Shown: piece by piece, positions 1 to 10,624 of the stretch
How positions within the stretch are numbered: position 1 is the first letter of the stretch
Layout of the letters: each line of letters begins with the position of its first letter
Source: Gonapodya sp. JEL0774
Lineage: Eukaryota
Assembly (NCBI GenBank): GCA_027604505.1
Contig: JADIIX010000100.1
Span: 60,755-80,754, forward strand
Direction of reading: 5' to 3'
DNA length: 20,000 nucleotides
The notes under the pieces: model-generated
Seen by the model: the letters and a program-made list of their open reading frames with translations, nothing else
Told to the model about the DNA's origin: nothing
Database searches by the model: none
Position numbers and translations under genes: made by a program

Positions 1-275
1 ACGCATGCACGCACGCCGAACCGACGTGCAGATGGGAAAACAGGGCCAGACCAATGGTGGAGGGATGGCCCGCGGTAGAGGACGTGGGGCGGTGTTCGGT
101 CGTCGGTCGTTGGCTCCCACTCGGTCCACCGGTCCGTTGGTCCCGTCGGGTCCAGCACTCATCACCCTGTACCACTCCACACCAAAATCCCCCCGCCGCC
201 GCTTTTCATACTCTCGCTCACCCCTGGGGCCCCCCGCGGCGCGGCGCGGCGGGGGGGGGGCGGGGGGGCGGCGGG

Positions 276-321
276 NNNNNNNNNNNNNNNNNNNNNNNNN
301 NNNNNNNNNNNNNNNNNNNNN
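276..321. other. Assembly gap (N run) with low-quality-looking flanks; second gap at 3498-3507
   Basis: N runs flanked by homopolymer-rich G/C and A/T tracts. Confidence 0.9.
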
Positions 322-865
322 NCCCCCCCGCCCTCCCTGAGCGCCCCCCGGGCTGTGAAGCTTTTTTGTTTTGTGTTTGGGGTTTGGTTGTGTTGGTTCT
401 TTTCTATTTGGTTGGTTGGGGGGGGAGAAGGGGAGGGGACAGGGGGTAAGATGAGGAAGGGGATGGGGAGAGGTGAGATGGGCAGAGTGGGGCAGATTGG
501 CGGGTGGGGAGCGGCGGGACGACCACCGGTGGACCCGAGAAGACAAACAAGACCGAACAGCGAGAACATGAACATGAACAAAGAGGAGAAACAAAAAAGA
601 GGACCCAAAACAAAACAAAACAAATCAAAAGAAAGAAAAATGATAAAACAAACAGGGGGCAGGGGGGTATGCAAGACAACCACGGTGCTCGAACGGGGGT
701 ACACCCGAAGCACCCAAGAACCATAACCACATAAACCATAAAACACAGAGAAACAAAAAAAAGGGGAGGGGGAAAAGGGGGAGAGAACAGCACCAACGAG
801 AGAGCGAGGGTGTGTGTGCGTGGGATCCACATCCTATGCCCACGAGAGGCGACTCAACGCGAGCC

Positions 866-1470
866 GAGTCCACATGACCTCGGGAACGAAAGGGTCAACA
901 GGTCCGTCCATCCGGGTCCGGGCATCCTTATGGAACCGCAGCAAGTCTCTCTCGACAAAAACCCGTATATGGACCGGAGTAGGTCTTTCTACGGCGGGCA
1001 AGACTGGACCATCTCGCCAGACGTTCGGGCCTGTCTTTCTCTGCGAGCCAAGCTCGCACCATCTCGCTCACGCTCGAGTGAGGCCATCCTGCACATACGG
1101 CACCGCTCTCTCTCTCCCGGCGAGCCTAGCTCGCACCATCTCGCTCACGCTCGAGTGAGGCCATCCTGCCCATATGGCACCGCTCTCACTCTCCCGGCGT
1201 GCCAAGCCCGCACCAACCCGCTGACGCTCGCACAGGCATAAAACACAAGGGTAACCCATGCGATCTCCGAACCCATTGGTCAATCAACTGGTCCATGTGA
1301 TCCCCAACCCAATACTAATGGTCAACTGATCCATGTGGTCCCCATCCAGCCCCTACGCAACCGCAGAAGTCTCTCTCGGCTGGCCAAGCCCTGAACACAA
1401 ATCCATAATGGACCAGAGAGGTCTCTATCGGCGGGACAAGAGCCCCCTGGCGCTCGAGTGAGTCCGATCG
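866..1470 (+). repeat. Intronic repeat family: copy A ~866-1215 (with 77 bp tandem units at 1043, 1120 and a partial at 1197) and copy B ~1321-1470
   Basis: gcgagccWagctcgcaccatctcgctcacgctcgagtgaggccatcctgc recurs at a 77 bp period. A and B share gtcaac..., aaccgcag(c)aagtctctctcg and atggaccRgag..aggtct....cggcggg.caaga. Confidence 0.8.
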
Positions 1471-1577
1471 CGGGGTTCGCTGCAGGGTCACCTCCAACCG
1501 GGCCGGGGGCACTCTGCCTCTGGCGCGGGAGCCACGGTTCCATTCGCCAACACGTTCACTGTGTTTAGGATACGTAC

Positions 1578-1819
1578 TTGTAACCGAGATCGCCGAGAGC
1601 CTGAATGATGAGTCTTACGAGCTCGACCTTGTCGAATTGGGGAATGTTTTGAGGGACAAGGGAGGAAGGATGATTTGGGAAAAAATTGTTGAAATGGGAA
1701 GAAGAAGAGGATAAGGGATAAGAAGAAAAGGAAGAGAAACCGTTTGATGGGATTGAGGGGAGTGGAAGGGAGGAAGGAGGGTGGGAGGGGAGAGAATCTG
1801 CCCCGTTTGAGAGGGACAT
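1578..1819 (-). CDS. GID7: WD-repeat protein 26 / GID7-like (CTLH complex subunit), first coding exon only
   Basis: Reads MSLSNGADSLPS...QNIPQFDKVELVRLIIQALGDLGYK, then a GTACGT donor at 1577. The xELVRLIIQALxDLGY stretch resembles the LisH motif of WDR26/GID7 proteins (family recall). Start at 1819 chosen on cccATG context; an in-frame ATG further upstream is possible. Later exons not found in the window. Confidence 0.72.
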
Positions 1820-2073
1820 GGGACGGTTGGAGAGTGGGGAGCGGGAGACAGTGGGATACAGTGGGAGACAGACAGCTGTGGGCGTGGGAGTGCGTGTGGG
1901 GGGGAGTGGGAGGTGTGCTGGGTGTTGGTGTGGCCATGGCATCCTGGCAACCTGTGCTGTGGTCGCGTCTGCTGTGGTCACCTCCCCCCTCCCATCTGCA
2001 TGAAGCCATTCCCCTCTTCATCCCCTCTTCATCCCCCTTCACTTCCCACTCCCGCACTCCCCCAACTTCTCCC
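1820..2073. promoter_or_regulatory. Putative bidirectional promoter (GID7-like / COX20)
   Basis: 254 bp between divergent ATGs; the + strand switches from G-rich to C-rich near 1975. Confidence 0.55.
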
Positions 2074-3021
2074 ATGTCTGCAGACGATTCAGACCCAATC
2101 GAGCCCCTCCAAGGTTCCTCTCTCAACTCCCAACACGATCCCTCCTCCCCTCAAACCTCAATAAGACCTCCAGACAACGCTTTCGAGGTCATCAAACGCA
2201 TCTCTCTCAACGAAATCGCTCCTGCAAACGTCGCAAGGCTTCCTTGCTCCAGAAACGCTCTCCTCATAGGCATGGGCTCGGGGTTCGCAACCTTTCTCGT
2301 CACCTGGTACAAGAGACGTGAGTACGAGCCGAGTGCGGATTAAGCGAAGTGAAAGGAGTGAGGCACCACGCGAGCGCCTGTAACGAGCGTTAGCCGAGAT
2401 GGTGCGGGCTTGCCCCGCCGTGAGAGACAGGCCACCAACGTCCGGCGGGATGGTCCGGTCTTCCTCGCCGAGAGAGAGAGCAGGCTACGAACGTCTGGCG
2501 AGATGGTCCGGGACATATGGGCAGAGTGGACGTATAAGCCAGTTGACCCGTTTCGGTCGCAGGGCATGTGGACTTGTTTTGCAATTGTTACCTCGCCCGG
2601 AGCTGATTGACCCTTTCCAATCGACGTTCACTCCTCACGCTCCCCCTTCGAAATCCTCGTCTCCCCTTCATATCTCCTATCCCCCCTTTCCCCGCTCCCT
2701 TACCCACTTCTACCCGCCTACCCTCCTTCCCCTCCTCCCCCCATGGCCCCCGCCCCAGGCCCCTTCACCACCATCGGCAACTGGTCCGTCGGCTCGTTTG
2801 TCTCCGTCACCGCCGTCTCGTGGTACGTACGTCCGCACGCGTAGACACCCCCGGGGGTGTACTTCAGTTTTTTTCACCCCCTCGATCTCGATCATGTCCC
2901 GTTCCTGTCGTCACTTGTTCATCCCATGCCCTGTTGATCCGGGCTCGGCTCCGACAGGGAACTCTGCCGATACCAACGACGCGTCGTCCAGGACCAGTTC
3001 AGGGTCGATGTGAAATCGTGA
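2074..3021 (+). CDS. COX20: Cytochrome c oxidase assembly factor COX20; exons 2074-2317, 2759-2822, 2958-3021
   Basis: Manual splicing (GTGAGT..CAG, GTACGT..CAG) gives one open frame: MSADDSD...RLPCSRNALLIGMGSGFATFLVTWYKR/RPFTTIGNWSVGSFVSVTAVSW/ELCRYQRRVVQDQFRVDVKS*. The PCxR, NWxVGxF and WExCRY motifs and two hydrophobic segments fit COX20. Confidence 0.88.
2390..2577 (-). repeat. Intronic repeat family copy C (inverted relative to A/B) in COX20 intron 1
   Basis: The reverse complement contains agtccacatg...gggtcaac, ggaccatctcgccagacgttcg and caagcccgcaccatctcg, matching 866-1070. Confidence 0.8.
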
Positions 3022-3899
3022 CGGGGTCCTGGATGGTGGATGGTGGACGGGTGGAGGGTGGAGGGTGGGATGTGAAGGGCACACGGGAAGAGGGCAGAGA
3101 GCAGAGAGCAGAGAGCAGCGAGCAGGAGTCAGGCAAGAGTCAGCAGTCAGGAGACACCGACACCCCCCTGCCCCGTTGGACCGTTGTGGTGTGACTGTGT
3201 GGCCAGTGGCGGGCCGGTGGACTGGTTGGTGGTCGGAAGTTGGACAGTGGGACTGTGGGACCCTAGCAGCGAGGCGGATTCCGGACGGGTCATGGGAAAG
3301 GACGATATTCGGATGGGATTGTCGTCCGTTTGGCCGGGCGGGGCGAACGATCACCTGGAACCTACCGCACCTCCGCGAACACAGCACGTGCACCAGGGGG
3401 GGGGGGCGGGGGGGGGGCGATAGCAATGAAGAGTACAAATGGCCCCACAAAAAAGTTAAAATATAACCATGGGATTTTGAGATTTTATGAAAATATANNN
3501 NNNNNNNGTTTGTCTCTTCCGCTTGCCGTGCGCGGCCCAACCCCTCCAGCAACCTACCCCACCCCCTCCCAACACCTCGTGGCCCCCGGGGGGGGGGGGG
3601 CGGGGGGGGGGCGATCGGATTGAGCTCTCAGATTGGCCCACAACAAATTTTCGTTTTTCCCTTTGGTTGTTGGATTTTGTAGATATATATTTACACCCGA
3701 CCGGAATCGCCCCCGTATCTCGTACCGACGGGCGACGCATCTCCATCGTCGGGGCGCATGATCCGCCAAAAACACGCACGTCCCACACCACCGTTCCAAC
3801 CCGGCCGACACGTCTTTCACCGTACGTATGTATGAGAAACGGGCCCGACGTTGGTTTCCCCTCCCCACCCCCCCCGAGCTCGCTCCCGTCCGTCCTCAC

Positions 3900-4390
3900 G
3901 CTCCTCATGCAGATGTGTACATGGATGTGTGGGGTCCGTTGGGGTACATCGCACTTGACATTTGCCACCATCAGATCTTCAAAAGCCTTGGTATCAGAGA
4001 GTGAAACATCGAGGCAGGTCGGAACGAGCGTGGTGGAAACACATGTACCATGGTTTTGGTTAAGGGTGCGTAGCGCCCGCTCGACACGGTGTTGCTTCAT
4101 CATCGCCGTGGTCCATGTGTAAAATCCTTTTGTCAAATGGAACGACTCATCTTCAAAGAGAGGTCTGCCGGATTTGGATGCCACGTGAATACATACTTTA
4201 CGAATGGAGGCCGGTTCGAGTGCAGGTCAGAACGCACTGCAAGGAGCTGTGATGGCACCCGGGGCGATATTTTCATTGCGGCTTTTCTTGACAATAGAAA
4301 CTAAAACGTAAGACAAGTTTTTGGAGGGAGGTGAAGCTCGGGGATGGGATTTGAGGAAAATAGGCGGCCGCCGGCTCAACATTCTCCATT
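3900..4390 (-). pseudogene. Decayed unknown gene, cassette 1 minus-strand partner
   Basis: ...APCSAF*PALEPASIRKVCIHVASKSGRPLFEDESFHLTKGFYTWTTAMMKQHRVERALRTL; in-frame TGA; motif shared with 10235-10288. Boundaries approximate. Confidence 0.4.
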
Positions 4391-4465
4391 TGATCGGCAC
4401 TCAAGCTCAGAAACATATGCCCGAAACCACTCTTCAAGAAGCCTTGGCCGAGCCCGTCGACGACG

Positions 4466-6007
4466 ATGAACCAGACACAAATCGATCCGATTGTGGTCGA
4501 GTCGGATCACTCCTCAGCGTCGGACGGGCAGACGACGGGGATGGAGACATCTTCCTCCCCTGACGGCACTGCGCCAGTGCCAGCACCACCGGCTGAACCA
4601 CGCGTAAGAGAGCTGAGGGGTGCGTGAATTGCTATTTTTCGCCACAACCGGGAGCTCACACGTGTCACGTGGCAATATCCCAACCAGAACCCCTGTGCGC
4701 GGTCTGTGGGGCCTTGTCTCTCAGTTTCCCCTCGTCAAGGCCGTCCACCACGACGACGTCGATCTCGATCGCGTGCGAACGAGTGCGAGCAAGCGAGCGA
4801 ACAGAGAGGAGGACAAAGCGGCTCTGAATGCTGCGGATGAGGGACACTGCCGTTCAACCCAGGGTGTTCTCCGAATGTACCGTCAACGTAGGCCGTCCTG
4901 GACACAGGATTGTCATGCAGCTCGAGGCGCGTCTCGGCCGGACAGAGGTAGAGGAGATGAGGCACGTGGTGGACCTCGTGCGGGGTGGACAATTGCCTTG
5001 CGTTTTGGTTGGGGTTGCGTTTACAGTGGGACACCTTACCTGACACAAGATATCCTTACGCTGATGGGAACACATGGTGTGCCGGAAGAGATTTCTGGAA
5101 CTGTTGGGAAGGACATTTTGAACCGCATTTCGACGCTGTCGTCCAAGGTTCTGGGTATTGGACTGTTCTTCAACAGGGTGCACTTTGATCATCAAGCCAG
5201 GCGAGCGAAAGCGTGGCAGAAGCTTGTGAAGGCCCAGATGCTCAGTGAAGGACGCGAGGTGTTCTTTTCTGTCGCTGCACTGTTCAGCACCTGTGAGATC
5301 ACCGTGGGAGGAAACGTAACTACCGTCGCACAGCCTCAGCCTGCTTCTGGCGCACGTTTCAACAGGTCTCGAGATCCACGAAGCTGCAGCGTTTTTGTAT
5401 GTCTCCCGATGGACTGTACCTCGTGCAAAAATCAGGGGAACCAGATGGGATTGGTGGTGGTAGGGGAGAACGGCACTTGTGTCACTCGGCACATCGTATG
5501 GGTGAGGACAGGACCAGGGGATGTGATTGTGATTCCCGATGGAGTGATCTGCCACGGGTCAGGTCACTTTGCTCTATATGTGGACCCACGTTTGCGAGCC
5601 TGTCGTACTATACGCCCGAAAGTACTCTCAAGATTGGCGAGTCAGGGTACCATAAGCAGACGTAGGACAGGATCCCGCTTCGATTGCAGGACAGGGAGAC
5701 CCAGAGGCGTTTGGAGCAATTGAGAAGGCGGAGCGGCCGTGATGCAGTCCAGAGACACAAGAAGATGCAACGGCAATGGCAGAGAGAACGGAAAGAAGAG
5801 GCTGCAGTAGCAGAAATGGAAGGCATTGGAGAAGGAAAACGAGACCATTCAGAAGGGAACGTGAATAGAGATCAGATGCCAGGAGTTAAGAAGAGGAAGA
5901 GGTCCCACAAGGACAAGAAGAAATTAAAGAAGGCCGTTGAGGCCGAGTTGACGAAGGTTGGGGTGCAATATGTTGCCCCGGCTGGGAATGCGATTGCTGC
6001 CATCTGA
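4466..6007 (+). pseudogene. Frameshifted gene with candidate double-stranded beta-helix (2OG-Fe(II) dioxygenase / TET-JBP-like) domain and basic C-terminal tail
   Basis: 367 aa ORF 4620-5723 includes LFSTCEITVG...SVFVCLP...VWVRTGPGDVIVIPDGVICHGSG. It overlaps a second frame 5684-6007 with KKRKRSHKDKKKLKK (NLS-like). Likely intron 4604-4687 (GTAAGA..CAG). The frames do not join cleanly and no intact HxD was seen. Confidence 0.45.
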
Positions 6008-6411
6008 GTGTTCGAACTTCAGCATGGTTGTATACAGCACACTAGTTGGTTGGTTGGTGTAGGCAATTCGTCGAACTACGCTTGAACATTTGGAAGAATA
6101 TATTTGCTCCGTATGACGCGCATTAAGAGAACTCTAACCGTTGCATTGTTCTTATCCTCACACCACATCATACATATTATTATCCAATGTCCGCCGACAA
6201 CCACCACCTCTCGCAGGGTGCGGGAGAATCTGTAGATCCAGCGCCGCGTTGTCCGTGACCAGCTGAAAGTCGACATTAAGTAGTCACGTGTGCCCCGTCA
6301 GCAGGCGACGGCGGCTCATCGCCGTGCGGCAATGCGGGGCGGCTGACGACAGTTGAGAATGGTTGAATGACGGAATGTCCCATTCACTTCTGAACACTGA
6401 TGTGCAACAGA
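5994..6411 (+). repeat. ~410 bp dispersed direct repeat, copy 1 (copy 2 at 11688-12093)
   Basis: Colinear high identity from ttgctgccatctgagtgttc to ctgaacactgaYgtgcaacaga with small indels. Confidence 0.95.
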
Positions 6412-6725
6412 ACCCAACCGCGTTGAGCGACTCCCCACAACCATCGCCCGCTGCAAAGCGGGCGATTGGTCAAACTGATTGATGGCCGAATTACGAATCA
6501 ATTTTTCAAAACTGCCGCGTGGCAGCGAGAAGTGGAGGGGGAACAAATTGGGTGTGGGCGAACTTGCAGCTCCAAATGATTTTTAACCCAACGGCGTTGA
6601 GCGACTCCCCACAACCATCGCCCGCTGCAAAGCAGCCGATTGGTCGAGCTGATTGATGGCCGAATTACGAATCAATTTTTCAAAACTGCGGCTTGGCAGC
6701 GGGAAGTGGAGGGGGAACAAATTGG
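6411..6725 (+). repeat. 141 bp direct duplication (6411-6551, 6585-6725; period 174)
   Basis: aacccaacSgcgttgagcgactccccacaaccatcgcccgctgcaaagc...gaagtggagggggaacaaattgg occurs twice with few substitutions. Confidence 0.93.
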
Positions 6726-6789
6726 CTTTGGAGGACATCTGCCACAGCACGAGCTGGAGAACCTTAAAAATCTCACCGACGCTACTTAA

Positions 6790-8032
6790 ATTTTCGCTAA
6801 CCAATAGTAAAAATTACTTGTCCTAATAACTGCTTTTGAGCAGTGTGGGGTGGAACAGAGGCCAGGTTTCTCAATCCAAGCCATTCGGGATTCTTACTCT
6901 TCAACCGCCATCTATTGACAAAGTTCTCCATTGACCCATCCATTTCCACCCCCACTGTGATCCACCCCACGTTTATCAGTTTGTTCAATAATGTCCTTTT
7001 AGACTTGTTGCTCTAGGCCTCCACCAAATCATGTCGCCACAAATTGCTGAGTTGTGTCAGTTTCGTCTCATCTTGAACGAGTGACTTTGCTGTTTCAGTC
7101 AATCCACGGAATTGAAATTCACTGGTTTCCAATGTCAACTAGGTTCCGTACTTTTGCAATCTCATTGATCCCGGCTCCAGATAATCCCTTTGATTTTGTA
7201 AGGCTGGCAAAATTTCCAAGATCTTGGAACAAGGTTGTTGCCATTGCTACTGAGATTGTATTCGGTTGTGATATTGAAATTGGAGCAATGTGGATTGCTG
7301 GACTGTCATTGCGATTCACATTCGGATCAGTTGTCTTTCCTTTCCGAGCTCATCTCAAGGCCGAATAAGACTCCAAAGAAATACTGGCGTGACCAGCTGC
7401 AGGCACTGCACTGTTGTGTGCCAGTTTCCCACATCCACTCGAAATCACGCGCAAACTTGAGCTTGTAGGTTTATGTTCGTTCATGAGAGACAGAGACTGT
7501 TCTCGTTCACAATTCAAGAGCCCCAGTCAGTATTTCAAGCAGTAATCCAACAAAGGCCAACAACTCACATGGGGATTGGGACACTCGAGCTCTGCACTCC
7601 AGGAACGCATATCAGTGGCCTCTGAATCAGAATCCTCAATTATCATCCTAGATGCATGCACGCACTTCTTCCCGCTTGCCTCTTTGTGCAAGGCTCTGGC
7701 CAACTTGGTGGGGGGTGCATCGCGAGGAGTGGAAATTGCTGAGGTGTTCTACAATGGCAGAGGCAAGATTCGTGGATTGATGTAAACATGCAACTCTCTC
7801 CCTCATTGTTCACTCACTCTTTTGTTGCTTATTCTTGGTGAGGTATTTGTCTCTTCTTGTGGATCCTGAACGTCCAAGCTCGAGCTATTACGACAGAAGA
7901 GATCCTGAATGTCCAAGTTTGAGTTATCACTTCGCAAGAGAGGCCAGCTGTCGCAGCTGTGCCACTTCCACCTTCAGAGAGTTGTTTCTCTCCTTTCCTG
8001 TTCTAGGAGGTCATGCTGCAGGCAACTGACAT
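6790..8032 (-). pseudogene. Decayed gene of unknown function
   Basis: One minus frame reads protein-like for ~1 kb with scattered stops (DAPPTKLARALHKEASGKK...IIEDSDSEATD...R*ARKGKTTDPNVNRNDSPAIHIAP...QQFVAT*FGGGLEQQV*KDIIEQ). Possible short GTGAGT..CAG intron near 7778-7818. Confidence 0.45.
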
Positions 8033-8129
8033 TGTTGTGAGACAACGGCTAAAGGCGGGAGTTTAGCTGGTGTCACGTGACCCTACAAGCAGGACAATAG
8101 TTGTCCCTGTTTACCCCCAATGATCACCC

Positions 8130-10520
8130 CTAGTCGCAGCGTCTGTTCCTTGGATAGATGTGATATAGCGTAGTTTTCAGACTTTTGAGTGATCTTAGTT
8201 GTGCTGGCAGCCCAGCAGCGGCTGCTGTGTCACCACATTGTACAGAGTTAGAACAGGTACACATTGAGTTTTGGGACAAACTCAACGGTTCCACCACGAA
8301 CCACAACAACATCTTGCTCTAAGTGCATGGTGGTACTCTGCTTTGCTTGCCCCTCGGAGTGAAACCTCTCCACCAGCGAGTTCAAAAGCTCAACAGCCTT
8401 TTTGGCATTGCCGCGTTCCTCTCTCAATTTCCCATTTGCCCCGATGCTGTCGCTCAGCGTAGACCTCCAAATTTCCATCTGCGACATAGCTCGAACACAC
8501 TGGATCTCCTTTTCTGCTAGGTTTGATGGGACTCCAGCGAGCTCTGATTTGCATGCATCAAGTTCTTTGTCGCGCACGCTCATTGTGGTAGGATGTACAA
8601 TTCTGTATGAGGAAGAAGCAGAATTGAGCAGCGTTGAAAGGTTAGATTGCACAGCATCCAACAGTGGGGAGTCTGAATATATTACCACTTACACCTGTTG
8701 ATTCAACGTTGTGGGACTAGGTGCATTTCCGTCCTTGATGCAGAGTGGTATCTTGGTGCAACATGGAGGCTTGGCCACAGAATGGAAATAGCGGGGGTGG
8801 GGGTGCTGAGTGGCAGAGGAGCACTACTGGAAATGGCAGGGCCAGGGCCTCAAACTTGCTGATAATGAGAAGCGGGATAGGCAGGGGCAGAAGTTCAAGC
8901 AGGCTGATGATGAGAAGCAAGGTTGGCAGAGGCAGGGGCTTGAAGAGGCTGATGACAAGAAGCGGGGTTGGCAGAGGCAGGGCTTAAACAGGCTGATTAC
9001 AAGAACCGGAGTTGGAAGGGGCGGGGGCTTGAACTTGTTGATGACGAGAAGTGGAATTGGCAGGTGTGCAAGTCTGATTTGCGGCTACTGCAACATGGCC
9101 TTTCCAGTTTTGCAGGAGGCTCCATCCTAGACTGAGCATTGCTTTCTGCATCACTCTGAGGGGCATCTGGAGAGGCATTTTTGCAGGATTGTAAACCTGG
9201 GAACACCTATCATCAGCAGGTAAGACTTGCATCTTCGTACTGACTGAACTCACTGACCCATTCCTCCAAGGTCTCCCTGGCTTCCTCCACGTCAGTGTCA
9301 GTCATGAGCTCCAACACACTCATTGCCCTGCTCTTCAGTGCAGCTAATGCCACCTCCACCGTGAAGAAAGTGAAGAGCATCTTCTCTTCCACTGATGTAA
9401 CAAGTGACTATTTTAAGTTGTCATTGTCCTTTCTCACGCAGTTAACTTCCTCAACATGGACATTGAGTAAGTTCTGCATGTTGCTTCTGTGGTTCTTCAT
9501 GTCCCCAAGGTCCATCTCTGTTGTTCTCAGACCCTGTGACAACATCAACACCTCCCCTTGCCCTCTCAGTACATCATCTTTCAACCGTTTGGCCTCCTGT
9601 CAATACCTCAAGACCGCTGACTCACCCTTAGCATGCGACTCAGCCCTCTGGACGGCCAAGTTCATGAGGTGAAGAGGCAGCGTTGGGGTCTTTGAAGATG
9701 CTGTTGCGAGAAATCCAGGGCACAGGATGGCGTCAGGAAGGAACAGATCGTTGCAGTTGCCGTCAGCCATATGCATGAGCAGTTGTTGTTCCAAGACATG
9801 AGGGAGGAGCCTGTGGATAGTGTGCAACTGTTGAACAAGATGTTGTACACTGGATATACAATGAAAACTGTTCCTGCCTGGTCCGGCTTGCCTTGGAACT
9901 CACCAACATGCAGGAACTTTAATGCTTTACTCCTATCAAATGACTCATCAAGTGTGAATTTGTCCACAATGGACAACGAGTTTGCTACCAGATCCTCCAA
10001 GCGTTGAGGCTCCAACTTGTGGGGGGAGCAGTGGCCTTCATTCATCAGGCCCGTCACCAAAGTTGGGAGTCCTGACAAATAATTTTTGAATAAACCACAA
10101 TGCGGGACCCGTGGGTAATGTCCGCTGGTTTGCTCACCATCGTCATCGACATCTGCTCCACTCCAGAATCCTTCATCATGCAATTGGGGGAGTGCCAGTC
10201 TGCACCGCTTGCTATAGTCAGATAGACAGATTTTCCATGTGAGCATTCCATACACCTTGGAACGGTTGCAATTGGCAAATGGTGGCCTTCGCATCTATGT
10301 AGAAATTTCCAGCAAAGATGTTGCTGACACAAGTGAACAGACATTCTCACCACAAAATGACCGGAGTTTTGTCCGCAAGCAATAAAGCTGTCGTGCTCTC
10401 CTTCCAATGGGTTTGGACGTGGTTGTTGTTGCTCTGTGGTTGGGATCTTGGCGTTCCCACACGGCTCATTGGATGCAGGACGGAACAAATTGAGCATTGC
10501 GTGGCTCAGAAGACTCATTC
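8130..10520 (-). pseudogene. Decayed large gene: N-terminal domain, coiled-coil segments and 15-aa repeats; cassette 2 minus-strand partner
   Basis: Successive minus ORFs (10054-10518, 9662-10294, 9600-9827, 8984-9253, 8248-8688) are broken by stops and frameshifts. Heptad-like segments: LRY*QEAKRLKDDVLRGQGEVLML... and VRDKELDACKSELAGVPSNLAEKEIQC...KLREERGNAKKAVELL. Confidence 0.55.
8835..9064. repeat. 45 bp tandem array, 5 units
   Basis: Units start at 8835, 8880, 8925, 8970 (44 bp) and 9014; consensus about ggcagRggcaggggcttgaaSaggctgatgaYRagaagcggRgtt. Confidence 0.9.
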
Positions 10521-10624
10521 AGTTGTGGTGTCAGCAATCAGGTTGTCTTTGGTCCTGAAGAGTACCTGTTTTATGTCAGATTGTGCTAGAAAATGAGTAC
10601 CAGCCTGGATTCGCATGATCAAGT

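Noticed and set aside
230..790. Long ORFs (e.g. 162-830 minus, hydrophobic)
   Set aside because: Homopolymer-rich sequence beside an N gap; probably low-quality base calls or low-complexity intron.
3390..3615. G/C-run inverted structures as element termini
   Set aside because: They flank an N gap and resemble degraded read ends.
6455..6495. Similarity of RLVKLIDGR (141 bp repeat) to DWVKLNDGR at about 10955
   Set aside because: Too short and does not extend; chance cannot be excluded.
9295..9672. Plus-strand ORFs 9295-9672 and 8402-8701
   Set aside because: Antisense shadows of the minus-strand coiled-coil pseudogene.
9662..10294. Ulp1-like (C48) protease, suggested by FWSGADVD and FIVYPVYN
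   Set aside because: No HW, DS or QxxxxDCG catalytic motifs in the frames I read.
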